Part shown: positions 9,340 to 18,740 of the stretch, one piece after another | Position numbering within the stretch: position 1 is the first letter of the stretch | How the letters are laid out: each line of letters begins with the position of its first letter | NCBI GenBank assembly: GCA_001784725.1 | Contig: MFRX01000009.1 | Span: 72,425-107,360, forward strand | Length of the DNA: 34,936 nucleotides | Reading direction: 5' to 3' | Source: Candidatus Moranbacteria bacterium RIFCSPHIGHO2_02_FULL_40_12b | Lineage (GTDB): Bacteria; Patescibacteriota; Minisyncoccia; Moranbacterales; 2-12-FULL-40-10 | Position numbers and translations under genes: made by a program | Notes under the pieces: model-generated | Told to the model about the DNA's origin: nothing | The model's input: only the letters and a program-made list of their open reading frames with translations | Database searches by the model: none

Positions 9340-9806
9340 ATCCCAAGTTTTTGGTTTTTGACGTGGATGGTGTTTTTACAACCGGCCCTTTTTTATATAC
9401 GGTTAACGGAAAATTTGCCAAGACATTTGGTCCTCATGATAATGACGGGATAAAGATGATTAAAAATAAAATTAAAATTTGCGCTATTTCGGCTGACAAG
9501 AGGGGGTTTGAGATAACAAAAAAAAGAATTCAGGAGGACATGAAAATACCCCTAATCCTAGTAAATGAAAAAGAGCGACTGGATTGGTTTAAGAATAATT
9601 TCAAAAATCTAAAAGAAGAAGTTATCTATATGGGAGATGGAATCCATGATGCAGAAATTTTTGAGTATGTTTGTTATAGCATTGCTCCAAATAACGCTTT
9701 CTATTTGGCAAAAAATAAAGCCAGTTATGTTACTAATGCCAAGAGCGGAGAAGGCGCAGTGGCAGAAGCCTGTATTCATGTATTAAAAATATTTTTATCA
9801 ATTTAA
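9303..9806 (+). CDS. HAD phosphatase, KdsC/YrbI (subfamily IIIA)-like
   Basis: FDVDGVFT, YMGDGIHD and SGEGAVAE motifs. Confidence 0.85.
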   Translation: MARIKKNKAKKINPKFLVFDVDGVFTTGPFLYTVNGKFAKTFGPHDNDGIKMIKNKIKICAISADKRGFEITKKRIQEDMKIPLILVNEKERLDWFKNNFKNLKEEVIYMGDGIHDAEIFEYVCYSIAPNNAFYLAKNKASYVTNAKSGEGAVAEACIHVLKIFLSI

Positions 9807-9820
9807 TTTTTTAAAAAACA

Positions 9821-10798
9821 ATGGAAGAAATAAATATTACTGAAGGGTTAATCAATATGAATGATTCTGTATCAGCGAAAGAAACTGATTGGGTTCAATC
9901 ATGCGAAGATGCGGCTCAAAATGACGAGTTTTTTAAGACATTTCGATCTTCAAAGGCCTTTCAGCGTGTAATTGAGGGAACACCAAGAGTTGGTGGTATT
10001 TGGAACTTAAAAAGGTTATTGAAAGATAAAAATTTTTTAAAAACCCTGCCATTACTTCAAAAATCTGACATTATTGGACTTCCATTAAATACAATACAAT
10101 TTAAATTTAATGAAAAAAGCTACAATCTTTCCCCAACAACTATTCGATATGCAAATAATGCCTCGAACTGCGTATCTTTTTTTGGCAAAGATATTTTTTT
10201 AGGGAATACCGATATTTTTGAAATTGGCGCTGGATATGGAGGTGAATTTAAGGTTTTTAATGATTATTCAGTAGCTTTATTTAATAAAAAATTAGATACA
10301 AAATGGCATATATATGACCTTCCATCCTCAATCGCCGTTATTAAAAAATTTCTATCACATTTTAATTATCTGCCAAATTTTAATGAGTTAAAAAAGGATT
10401 CAACAGAAAAAAACTCTAACAGCCTAGTTATTTCAAACGGAGCTTTTTCTGAAATGACGGGGTCATTGCTAGATGAATATTTTGAAGCTGTTATTTCGCC
10501 TGCAAAATACGGCTATTTTATTTCTAATTTTGAGATCCAGTCAGAACCTTTTGGCGGTTGGAATACTAAAAAATTTATTATGCGCTTAAAAAAGTGTGGG
10601 AAGAATGACGTTGCTATTTTACCTGCTGAAAAATATTTGAGCTACTTCGATCAACAAGCTGGGAGTAAACTAATTGTTTTTGGGCACACTGCCTTAAAAG
10701 ACGATAAATCGAAAATTAAAGACATAATTTTAATAAAATTTATAGAATTTCTAGATAGTTGTGAGGATTTTTTTAAAAATAAATTTTTAAAAAACTAA
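9821..10798 (+). CDS. Putative sugar O-methyltransferase
   Basis: SPTTIRY, FEIGAGYGG, IYDLP and ISNGAFSE motifs. Confidence 0.7.
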   Translation: MEEINITEGLINMNDSVSAKETDWVQSCEDAAQNDEFFKTFRSSKAFQRVIEGTPRVGGIWNLKRLLKDKNFLKTLPLLQKSDIIGLPLNTIQFKFNEKSYNLSPTTIRYANNASNCVSFFGKDIFLGNTDIFEIGAGYGGEFKVFNDYSVALFNKKLDTKWHIYDLPSSIAVIKKFLSHFNYLPNFNELKKDSTEKNSNSLVISNGAFSEMTGSLLDEYFEAVISPAKYGYFISNFEIQSEPFGGWNTKKFIMRLKKCGKNDVAILPAEKYLSYFDQQAGSKLIVFGHTALKDDKSKIKDIILIKFIEFLDSCEDFFKNKFLKN

Positions 10799-10804
10799 CT
10801 TGGT

Positions 10805-11938
10805 ATGAAGAAAATATTAAGAAATAAAAGTATTCTAACTGGAAAAAATAAGCTAGAACAACTTTATGAATTTAAGAAGTTTCCTGTTTTTATGGGTTGC
10901 GTAGATAATTTAGATGATAAAAACGATATCAATGTTGATATGAGCTTTAGTATTTGTAGAGATACTGGGATAATTCAATTAGATGAATTATTACCGCTCG
11001 ATTTGATTTACCAAAATCAACATAACGATGGCGTAGGTAAAATTTGGCAAGAACATTATGTTTCTTTTGCAAAATTTTTAGAAAAATTTAATCCTAAGGA
11101 AGTATTGGAAATTGGAGGAGCTAATGATTTTATTGCAAATTATTATTTAGAGCGAAACCCAAAAACCACCTGGACAATTATTGAGCCCCATCCGCTTTTC
11201 AAAAATAAAAAAATAAAAATCATAAAAAGGTGGTTTGATGAATCGTTTGTGCTAAAATCAAAAAAAATTGATACAATAATGCATTCTCATGTATTAGAGC
11301 ATACATACGAACCAATAAAATTTATTAAGCATATCGCAAAATTCTCAGAAGAAGGGTCGCGACATATTTTTACAATCCCCAATATGGTTGAACAACTTTC
11401 TAGAAAATATACTAATTGCTTGAACTTTGAGCATACATTATTTTTGGCAGAGCCATTTATAGATTATATTCTAAGAATTAATGGCTTTAAAATATTAAAA
11501 AAAAGTTATTTTCAGGATCATAGTATATTTTATGCCACTGAAAAAATTAAATTAAATAAAGAAAAAATAACTTTACCAAAAAAATATTCTCAATACAAGA
11601 AACTTTTTTCCGAATTTGTTAAATATCATCAGGATTTAATTAATTCTCTTAATAAAAAAATAGACAAATTTGACGGAGATATTTATTTATTTGGGGCCCA
11701 TATTTTCTCCCAATACTTATTAGAATTTGGATTAAATAAGAAAAAAATCAAGGGGATTTTAGACAATTCAGATCTAAAAAATGGAAAAAGACTATACGGC
11801 ACCAATTTAATAGTTAAAAAACCAGAAACATTAAAAGGAAGAAAGAATGTCGCGATTATTTTAAAAGTTGGAGCCTATCGAAATGAAATTATAAAACAAG
11901 TAAAGAAAATTAATCCGAATATTGTTATTTTTGAATAA
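10805..11938 (+). CDS. SAM-dependent methyltransferase resembling NDP-sugar C-methyltransferases
   Basis: VLEIGG, HSHVLEH and FEH, plus C-terminal YLFGA...LDNSDLKNGKRLYGT...YRNEI matching the C-methyltransferase C-terminal domain pattern. Confidence 0.7.
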   Translation: MKKILRNKSILTGKNKLEQLYEFKKFPVFMGCVDNLDDKNDINVDMSFSICRDTGIIQLDELLPLDLIYQNQHNDGVGKIWQEHYVSFAKFLEKFNPKEVLEIGGANDFIANYYLERNPKTTWTIIEPHPLFKNKKIKIIKRWFDESFVLKSKKIDTIMHSHVLEHTYEPIKFIKHIAKFSEEGSRHIFTIPNMVEQLSRKYTNCLNFEHTLFLAEPFIDYILRINGFKILKKSYFQDHSIFYATEKIKLNKEKITLPKKYSQYKKLFSEFVKYHQDLINSLNKKIDKFDGDIYLFGAHIFSQYLLEFGLNKKKIKGILDNSDLKNGKRLYGTNLIVKKPETLKGRKNVAIILKVGAYRNEIIKQVKKINPNIVIFE

Positions 11939-11941
11939 AAT

Positions 11942-13084
11942 ATGGTTACTGCAATTTGCAATATATACATTAATTCTGAGGCAAAATTAGGTCTTTTTAA
12001 AGAGACCTTTCCTTTTGTTTATCCTATTAGTGATAATTGGCTTGTTTATATTAGGGGAAAATTTAAGCAAGAAGCAATCGAGCATATCAGAAGCTCATTT
12101 AACGATGTCGAGGACAGGTGTATATTCTTTGAAAGTCTTTATGATGATGATTGGGCGAAAAGCACTACGAGGATGCTGGAAAAATCCAAATACGATTACA
12201 TATATGTTTTTTTAGAGGATCATTTCTTATTAAAACCCATTGATCATTTTAAGAAGGTGATACGAGATATGATAAAAAATAATATAGATTATTTCCAATA
12301 CTCTTTTTTTAACATTGGACTACCCATTTATTCTATAGAACACTTATATCCTGATGTGACAGACTATCTTTGCGCATTTGAGTTTGATTCAGAAAAATTA
12401 CCAGTATTGCGAAAAACAAACAAGGCATTTTATCCATATTCACTCACTAGCGTTTCGTCGAAAAAGTATTTTAATCATCTTTTAAGCATTGAAAATAAAT
12501 ACATTATCAAGGTTCCGATTTTAATACAGGCTTTAATGGAGAATATCTTCTTTTTCTATCCAAGGAATCGTGTTTTTTGGCTTACGATAAATAAATTATT
12601 CTCAATTATCAATATTCGGTTTGTTATTTATCCCCGTGCCACCCCGTTTAATTTAGAAAAATCATTATTTGATTGTGATGAAGAATTATTGCCGATTAAG
12701 GTGGGCGGACTGAAAGAAGAAATTTTTGCAAATTGGGATGATGACAACAAATTAAGCAATTCATCCTTAATTAAACGTGGTTTATATCCTAAATACTTCC
12801 GTATTGACAGTCAGGAAAAGCCAAAAATTAACGAGGGTAGAGAATATATTCTAAATCAGGGTCAGAACAGTAATCATCAATATTGCCCTGATGTCAGCAG
12901 GGTTATGAAAATACCAAAAAAACATATTTACGTCAAAAAAGGAACTCTTAAAATATCATCAGAAAATGAATCATTTATATTAAATTCGGGGCAGTCAGTA
13001 TGGGTTACTGCAAACATTCCCCACTCTTTTTTTGCTTGTGAAGATTGTGTTTTTCATTTATATTTAGATAGTGGTTTACAGTAG
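11942..13084 (+). CDS. Hypothetical protein: GT-A-like N-terminal region plus C-terminal cupin-like domain
   Basis: YIYVFLEDHFL acidic motif; C-terminal IYVKKGTL...LNSGQSVWVTANIPHSF cupin pattern. Confidence 0.55.
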   Translation: MVTAICNIYINSEAKLGLFKETFPFVYPISDNWLVYIRGKFKQEAIEHIRSSFNDVEDRCIFFESLYDDDWAKSTTRMLEKSKYDYIYVFLEDHFLLKPIDHFKKVIRDMIKNNIDYFQYSFFNIGLPIYSIEHLYPDVTDYLCAFEFDSEKLPVLRKTNKAFYPYSLTSVSSKKYFNHLLSIENKYIIKVPILIQALMENIFFFYPRNRVFWLTINKLFSIINIRFVIYPRATPFNLEKSLFDCDEELLPIKVGGLKEEIFANWDDDNKLSNSSLIKRGLYPKYFRIDSQEKPKINEGREYILNQGQNSNHQYCPDVSRVMKIPKKHIYVKKGTLKISSENESFILNSGQSVWVTANIPHSFFACEDCVFHLYLDSGLQ

Positions 13085-13119
13085 AAAAATATAAAATTCA
13101 ATTTTTAAAGATAAAAAAT

Positions 13120-14097
13120 ATGAAAAAAGTAGCACTTATAACAGGTATCTTAGGTCAAGATGGTCCCTATCTCGCGAAACTTCTTCTGAAAAATAATTAT
13201 GAAGTTTATGGATTAATTAGGCGATATACGAATCCAAATTTCAGTAATTTAGATTATTTGGGAATTACAGATAAAGTTAATTATATATCGGGCGATATGA
13301 CTGACGAAGCATCTTTAATTAATATCATTAAAACAGTAAGGCCTGATGAAGTATATAATCTCGCAGCGCAGTCATTTGTTGGAGCATCATGGGATCAGGC
13401 AAAAGTGACTAGCGAAATAAATGCCCATGGAGTATTATATTTGCTAAATGCTATAAAGAATTTTGCGCCTAGTGCGAAGTTTTATCAAGCGTCAACTAGT
13501 GAAATGTTCGGGAATAGCCATAAAAATGGGCTTCAGACAGAAGAGACACCATTTCATCCACGAAGTCCGTATGCAATTTCGAAATTATATGCATATTGGA
13601 TGGCGATAAATTTTAAAGAAAGTTACGGAATGTTTTGCGCAAATGGAATACTTTTTAATCACGAGTCTCCAATTAGGGGCATAGAATTTGTTACACGAAA
13701 AATAACTGATGGGGTAGCAAGAATTAAGCTTGGATTAGCAAATGAGATTAGACTGGGAAATTTAGATAGTAAAAGAGATTGGGGGTTTGCCGGAGATTAT
13801 GTTGAGGCAATGTGGTTGATACTTCAGCAAAAAGAGCCAGACAATTATATAATTTCAACTGGTGAAACCCATTCAATTAGAGATTTCCTCGACGCTGCCT
13901 TTAATCATGTCGGAATTAAAAACTGGAAAAAGTATGTTAAATTAGACCCGAGATTTAAACGCCCAGCAGAACTTTTTGCATTGCACGGAAAATCAGATAA
14001 GGCGAGAAGAAAACTTAACTGGAAACCAAAAATCAAATTTGAAAAATTAGTTAAAATGATGATAGATGCGGATATAAAAAGATTGTCGAAAAAATAA
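13120..14097 (+). CDS. gmd: GDP-mannose 4,6-dehydratase
   Basis: ITGILGQDG, YNLAAQSFV, QASTSEMFG, PRSPYAISK, FNHESP, FVTRKI and RDWG motifs. Confidence 0.95.
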   Translation: MKKVALITGILGQDGPYLAKLLLKNNYEVYGLIRRYTNPNFSNLDYLGITDKVNYISGDMTDEASLINIIKTVRPDEVYNLAAQSFVGASWDQAKVTSEINAHGVLYLLNAIKNFAPSAKFYQASTSEMFGNSHKNGLQTEETPFHPRSPYAISKLYAYWMAINFKESYGMFCANGILFNHESPIRGIEFVTRKITDGVARIKLGLANEIRLGNLDSKRDWGFAGDYVEAMWLILQQKEPDNYIISTGETHSIRDFLDAAFNHVGIKNWKKYVKLDPRFKRPAELFALHGKSDKARRKLNWKPKIKFEKLVKMMIDADIKRLSKK

Positions 14098-14100
14098 ATT

Positions 14101-14934
14101 ATGAATTTTAGAGACAAGACAATTATAAAAACCGACCCTTTTTTATCCGTTGTTATGGCGGTGCATAATAGAGAAAAATATTTGCGAGAAGCTATTGAGA
14201 GTGTCTTGAATCAAACATATGAAAATTTCGAATTTTTTCTTATAAATGATGGATCAAATGATAATTCGTGGGAAATTATCAAATCATATGCAGAAATTGA
14301 CAGTCGAATAGTGTGCATAAATAATCATAAAAATCTCGGACAATCATTAGCAAGAAATGTGGCAATTAAAAAAGCACAGGGTGAATATGTTATCATTGCA
14401 GATTCCGATGATATTTGTTTGCCAAGTCGTTTTGAAAATCAGTTAAAATATTTCAAAGAACACAGTTTAGAAGTTGATGTTTTAGGTTCTTTCTTTTGTC
14501 TATTTACTGATGGTGACATCAATAAATGCGAATCAGTACCAGTAAGTATTTCTGATTTAAATGACGGTAAGCCGCCGGTTCATAATCCAACGTGTATGAT
14601 TAAACGAAGTATTTTTTCTAATAATGGCTATTATGACTCTAAATATGATAACGCCGAGGATTATGAATTGTGGTCACGTTGGTCTTCAAGAGGTGTTCGT
14701 TTTCATAATCTCCATGAAGTTTTATATAAAAAAAGAAATCACAGTGGTTGCGTGAGTACTGAAAGGATAAGGCATCAAAATTATCTAATGACTAAAATAA
14801 ATATAATCGCAATAATTAAATATCATAGGCGATTTACAATAGCTGGATACCTGCGCATTCTTGAGCAGCTATTCTATTTTATTTATTTATTGCTAAGATT
14901 AGATAAGGTATACAAAAAGAGTGGAAAATATTAA
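14101..14934 (+). CDS. Glycosyltransferase family 2
   Basis: SVVMAVHN, INDGSND, DSDD and AEDYELW motifs. Confidence 0.9.
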   Translation: MNFRDKTIIKTDPFLSVVMAVHNREKYLREAIESVLNQTYENFEFFLINDGSNDNSWEIIKSYAEIDSRIVCINNHKNLGQSLARNVAIKKAQGEYVIIADSDDICLPSRFENQLKYFKEHSLEVDVLGSFFCLFTDGDINKCESVPVSISDLNDGKPPVHNPTCMIKRSIFSNNGYYDSKYDNAEDYELWSRWSSRGVRFHNLHEVLYKKRNHSGCVSTERIRHQNYLMTKINIIAIIKYHRRFTIAGYLRILEQLFYFIYLLLRLDKVYKKSGKY

Positions 14935-14951
14935 AAAACATAATTATTCTC

Positions 14952-15689
14952 ATGGATAATAAAAAAATATTTGATAATTATTTAACGAATCATTATTCTA
15001 AGTGTGAAAAAACAGATTTCAACAACGATAATGAGGTGCTTGTATTACTTGATAAAAATAAGATTCCAATAGATTATAATCTAGGGTCGTTATTTAAGGA
15101 AAAAATAAGCAAAAAAAGCAAAATCCTTGACTTAGGATGTGGCTATGGAAGTTTTTTGTATTTTTTGCGATCGCATTATTATGAAAATGTGACTGGCATT
15201 GACATATCAACTGAAGAAATAGCAATTTGCAAGAAACTTTTCAAGACATATGAATTTTATCATGAGGATATTTTTGCCTATATTCAGAATACTAAAGAGA
15301 GATTTGACGTACTTTATTTGTCACACGTTCTAGAACATATTGATAAAAAACAACTTTTTGAATTTTTGGAAGGCGCAAATAATATTTTAAATGATAATGG
15401 CTTTTTTATTCTCGTGGTTCCAAATAGTGCTGCTTACTTCAATTCTGCGGCAAATCGATACGGAGACCTAACTCACGAGGTCGGGTTTACTGATAAGAGC
15501 TTAAGGCAAGCACTGATGGTAACAAAATTTGATAATATTAAAATTAAAAATTATTTTGGTGTTGGAAATTTTTGGTTGAATATTGTGAGAAAAGTGGCAC
15601 TTTTTTTATTTGAACTATTTATTCAGATTTTAGGTTATGAAAAGCAAGAAATACACACACCAAGCATTCTAGTTATCGCTAGGAAATAA
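14952..15689 (+). CDS. Class I SAM-dependent methyltransferase
   Basis: ILDLGCGYG, GIDIS, SHVLEH, VPN and RYGDLTH motifs. Confidence 0.9.
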   Translation: MDNKKIFDNYLTNHYSKCEKTDFNNDNEVLVLLDKNKIPIDYNLGSLFKEKISKKSKILDLGCGYGSFLYFLRSHYYENVTGIDISTEEIAICKKLFKTYEFYHEDIFAYIQNTKERFDVLYLSHVLEHIDKKQLFEFLEGANNILNDNGFFILVVPNSAAYFNSAANRYGDLTHEVGFTDKSLRQALMVTKFDNIKIKNYFGVGNFWLNIVRKVALFLFELFIQILGYEKQEIHTPSILVIARK

Positions 15690-15699
15690 GATATATTCA

Positions 15700-16734
15700 T
15701 CAATCTTTTATCATAAGATTATATACGTCTACTGCCGCGGATCCCCAATCAAAATATTTAGCCCTTTCTAGGCTGTTTTTAATTGCAGTATCTCGATACT
15801 TTTCGTCAAGTATAATTTTTTTACACTCTAATGCCATTTCAATCGGATCAAGTGGGTTCACGGTAGTTTGACTTAGCCCAATTAGTTCTTTCATTGGATC
15901 TCGATTAGATGTCACCACCGGACATCCACATGCCATAGCTTCTGCTATTGGAATGCCAAAACCCTCAAGTAGGGAGGGGAATAATAGAAGTTTTGCGCCA
16001 GAGTATATTTGTGGTAATTTTTTTTCATCTATGTAATCCGTAAAAACAACACTATCTGTAAGTTGTAACTTTTCTATATAGCAAAGTGTTTGCTTTCTGT
16101 TTGTAGGATTTACTCGACCAATTTTTAATAACTTTAAATTTGGGAAATCCTTTTTAAGTATTTGAAAAGATGCTAAAATATTCTCCATATTTTTCCTTGG
16201 CTCCTCAGACCCAACAGAAAGAATGTAGTCAAATAAATACAGTTTTTTCTTAGAAGGCGTGAATAGATCGTGGTCTAATCCACCATATACAACTTTACAT
16301 TTCTTTGTGTCAACGCCCAATGAAGCAAGTTGCGATAAGGAAAAATTAGAAATACATATAATGCCATCAAGTTTATTTAAAACATTTTGATAGGATATGA
16401 ATGGAAGGTATTTATAATAAAAAGGATCTTGCTCGTAGTGATAAAAAATAACAAATTTTTTATTGGGGATAATTATTGACCCAAGTAAATTGAACGATAA
16501 TGGATCTGTAAATAAAACAATATCATCATGCCTAATCATGCACGTTGCCTTGATAGTATTGATTATTTCTGAAATGAAATTAATTAGAGAGTTTTTAAAA
16601 GGCTTGTTATCCAAGAGAATAACTCTTACAGCAACACCTCCTTTTTTTAGATTAAGGATAATAGACTCACTATATTTATTTATAGCGTCTGTCCTTTTTT
16701 CAACGATCACTGTTATCTTTTCTCTGCTAGGCAT
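15700..16734 (-). CDS. Glycosyltransferase family 4 (mannosyltransferase-like)
   Basis: VGSEEPRKN and FPSLLEGFGIPIAEAMACG motifs. Confidence 0.9.
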   Translation of the reverse strand: MPSREKITVIVEKRTDAINKYSESIILNLKKGGVAVRVILLDNKPFKNSLINFISEIINTIKATCMIRHDDIVLFTDPLSFNLLGSIIIPNKKFVIFYHYEQDPFYYKYLPFISYQNVLNKLDGIICISNFSLSQLASLGVDTKKCKVVYGGLDHDLFTPSKKKLYLFDYILSVGSEEPRKNMENILASFQILKKDFPNLKLLKIGRVNPTNRKQTLCYIEKLQLTDSVVFTDYIDEKKLPQIYSGAKLLLFPSLLEGFGIPIAEAMACGCPVVTSNRDPMKELIGLSQTTVNPLDPIEMALECKKIILDEKYRDTAIKNSLERAKYFDWGSAAVDVYNLMIKD

Positions 16735-16785
16735 AGCTATATTGATAAACGGATTATATTGTTCCTCAGTACTTCCATTAGCTTA

Positions 16786-17625
16786 TTAGTTTCTAGTGAT
16801 TTTAATAAATAAAAACTCATTGCATCCTATGCTTCTTGCGGGTATGGTTTTGGCGCACATAAAATCAAGATTCTTAAAATGATTAACAATAGTTTCAGTA
16901 CTTGCATATTCGTACGGATATCCGCCCAGCCAGTCTTTGATATCTGTAAAAAAATTCATCCCCCGTAGTGATTGATAATTACGAATATAAGTTATCGGGT
17001 TAATGAAGTGAGAGGCGAGCCCACAAACAAAGTAAGCGATATATATTCCCTCCATTATTCTTTTTGTTATCCGGGAACTCTTGTTATATAACCGTTTAAC
17101 TTTTAGCCAAAAAGATGACGATCCTTCGAAAAAAAGCTTATTATCATTATATATGGCTAAATAAAGCTGGCTTAATTCATGCGTCAGAAGAGTTATATTT
17201 TCAAAAGCTTTATGCATATCCCCAGTATGATGCAAAACTCCCCATGAATAAACAATATCAAATTGTCCCAATGATTTTATAAAATTTTCATCCAGAGCGG
17301 ATCCCTTTATAATTTCCCAACGCGGAGGATTATTTTGTTTTTCTTTAAGATGCTTCACGCAGGTAACTGAAAAATCATCTACATCCACACTGACTACTTT
17401 GGAAGCGCCAATGAGATAAGCCGAAAGGGAAAATAATCCGCTGCCGCAACCAATATCCACAAAAGTTTTACCTTTTATTTTTTCCTCTCCGCCAAGGAAA
17501 TTAACCAATGATTTTTTGGCTTCATTGATTCTTTTATCATCCAATGTTTTCAAAAAGGATTGCCAATTTTTTCCAAAGCTGAAGTGATTTTTATTATTAT
17601 ATGAATTTTCGTATAGCTCAGCCAT
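16786..17625 (-). CDS. Class I SAM-dependent methyltransferase
   Basis: FSFGKNW, DIGCGSGLFS, YSWGVLHHTG and DWLGGYPYE motifs. Confidence 0.9.
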   Translation of the reverse strand: MAELYENSYNNKNHFSFGKNWQSFLKTLDDKRINEAKKSLVNFLGGEEKIKGKTFVDIGCGSGLFSLSAYLIGASKVVSVDVDDFSVTCVKHLKEKQNNPPRWEIIKGSALDENFIKSLGQFDIVYSWGVLHHTGDMHKAFENITLLTHELSQLYLAIYNDNKLFFEGSSSFWLKVKRLYNKSSRITKRIMEGIYIAYFVCGLASHFINPITYIRNYQSLRGMNFFTDIKDWLGGYPYEYASTETIVNHFKNLDFMCAKTIPARSIGCNEFLFIKITRN

Positions 17626-17627
17626 TT

Positions 17628-18740
17628 TTATATTTTAATCAAATAATTTATTGTGTTAGAAAATTTTTGCGCGATTTTATTTAATCCAAACTGGTTCTGG
17701 ATTTTTTCTTTGGAGTTTTGTCCTATTTTTATTCTAATTTCCTGATTTTCAATTATTTTTTTCAATGAGTTTTTAATCTCCGCGCTATTTTTTATTTGAA
17801 CCAGAATTCCTGTTTTGTTATCCTCAATTAAGCCCTTATTTTCCGGAATGTTGGTTGTAATAATAGGCAATCCGCTTGCCATTGCCTCCATAATCGCATT
17901 ACTCATTCCCTCAAATAGGGTTGGAAAAACAAAAATATCGGAAATTTTTAGCAATTTTGGAACATCATTTCTTTTGCCTAGAAATAGTATATTATTTTTT
18001 GACTGGTAATTTTCTATTTGTTTTAATAAATTTTCTTTTTCTTCTCCATCGCCAACAATCAATAACTTCACATTATTATTTTCTTTATAAATATTTTCAA
18101 ACGCCTCCAATAGATATTTATGTCCTTTGTTGATATGTAAATTAGCTACGCAAATTATGGCTGTTTCCTCCGGCCGTATGCCTAAATTTTCTCTCAAAAC
18201 CTCGTCCCTTTCAATTTTATCATAAAAATCAACATCCACTCCGTTCGGAATGACGGTTATTTTTTCCCGCTTGACCCCGATATTTTCCACATAAAAATTT
18301 TTGACGGATTCGGAATTTGCCAAATAATTTTTCACAAAATATTTTGTTAGTTTCTCAAAAAGGCGCGCCGGCCAGTAATTTCTATGATTATAAGTGGTTC
18401 GCAGAAAAGGAATTATTTTTATTTTAGTAGTGGCTTGTAAAAATATTCTTCCAATTGCATCGGCGTGGAATAAGTAAGTTATTATAACATCCGGATTTAT
18501 TTTTTTTATTTCTTTCAATAATCTTAAATATGCCGGCAAGTCAAAAAAACCGCCTTGTTGAATGTTTATGACGGAAATATTTTCATTTTCAAATTTACCG
18601 GCCAGTTCGCCGCGCTTTTTTAAAGTGATAATAGCGTGCTCAAAATCAGAAAGAAGCGGAAGTGTTCTAAGGAGCATATTCTCACATCCACCGTTATCTA
18701 AGGATTGAATCAAGTGAATTATTTTTTTCTTATTGCTCAT
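17628..18740 (-). CDS. Glycosyltransferase family 4
   Basis: GGCE, IPNGVD, KGH and EGMSNAIMEAMASG motifs; ATG 18740 preferred as start. Confidence 0.9.
   Translation of the reverse strand: MSNKKKIIHLIQSLDNGGCENMLLRTLPLLSDFEHAIITLKKRGELAGKFENENISVINIQQGGFFDLPAYLRLLKEIKKINPDVIITYLFHADAIGRIFLQATTKIKIIPFLRTTYNHRNYWPARLFEKLTKYFVKNYLANSESVKNFYVENIGVKREKITVIPNGVDVDFYDKIERDEVLRENLGIRPEETAIICVANLHINKGHKYLLEAFENIYKENNNVKLLIVGDGEEKENLLKQIENYQSKNNILFLGKRNDVPKLLKISDIFVFPTLFEGMSNAIMEAMASGLPIITTNIPENKGLIEDNKTGILVQIKNSAEIKNSLKKIIENQEIRIKIGQNSKEKIQNQFGLNKIAQKFSNTINYLIKI

Noticed and set aside
9303-9806. Kdo/LPS biosynthesis from the KdsC-like gene
   Set aside because: No kdsA, kdsB, waaA or lpx genes here; family membership alone does not fix the substrate.
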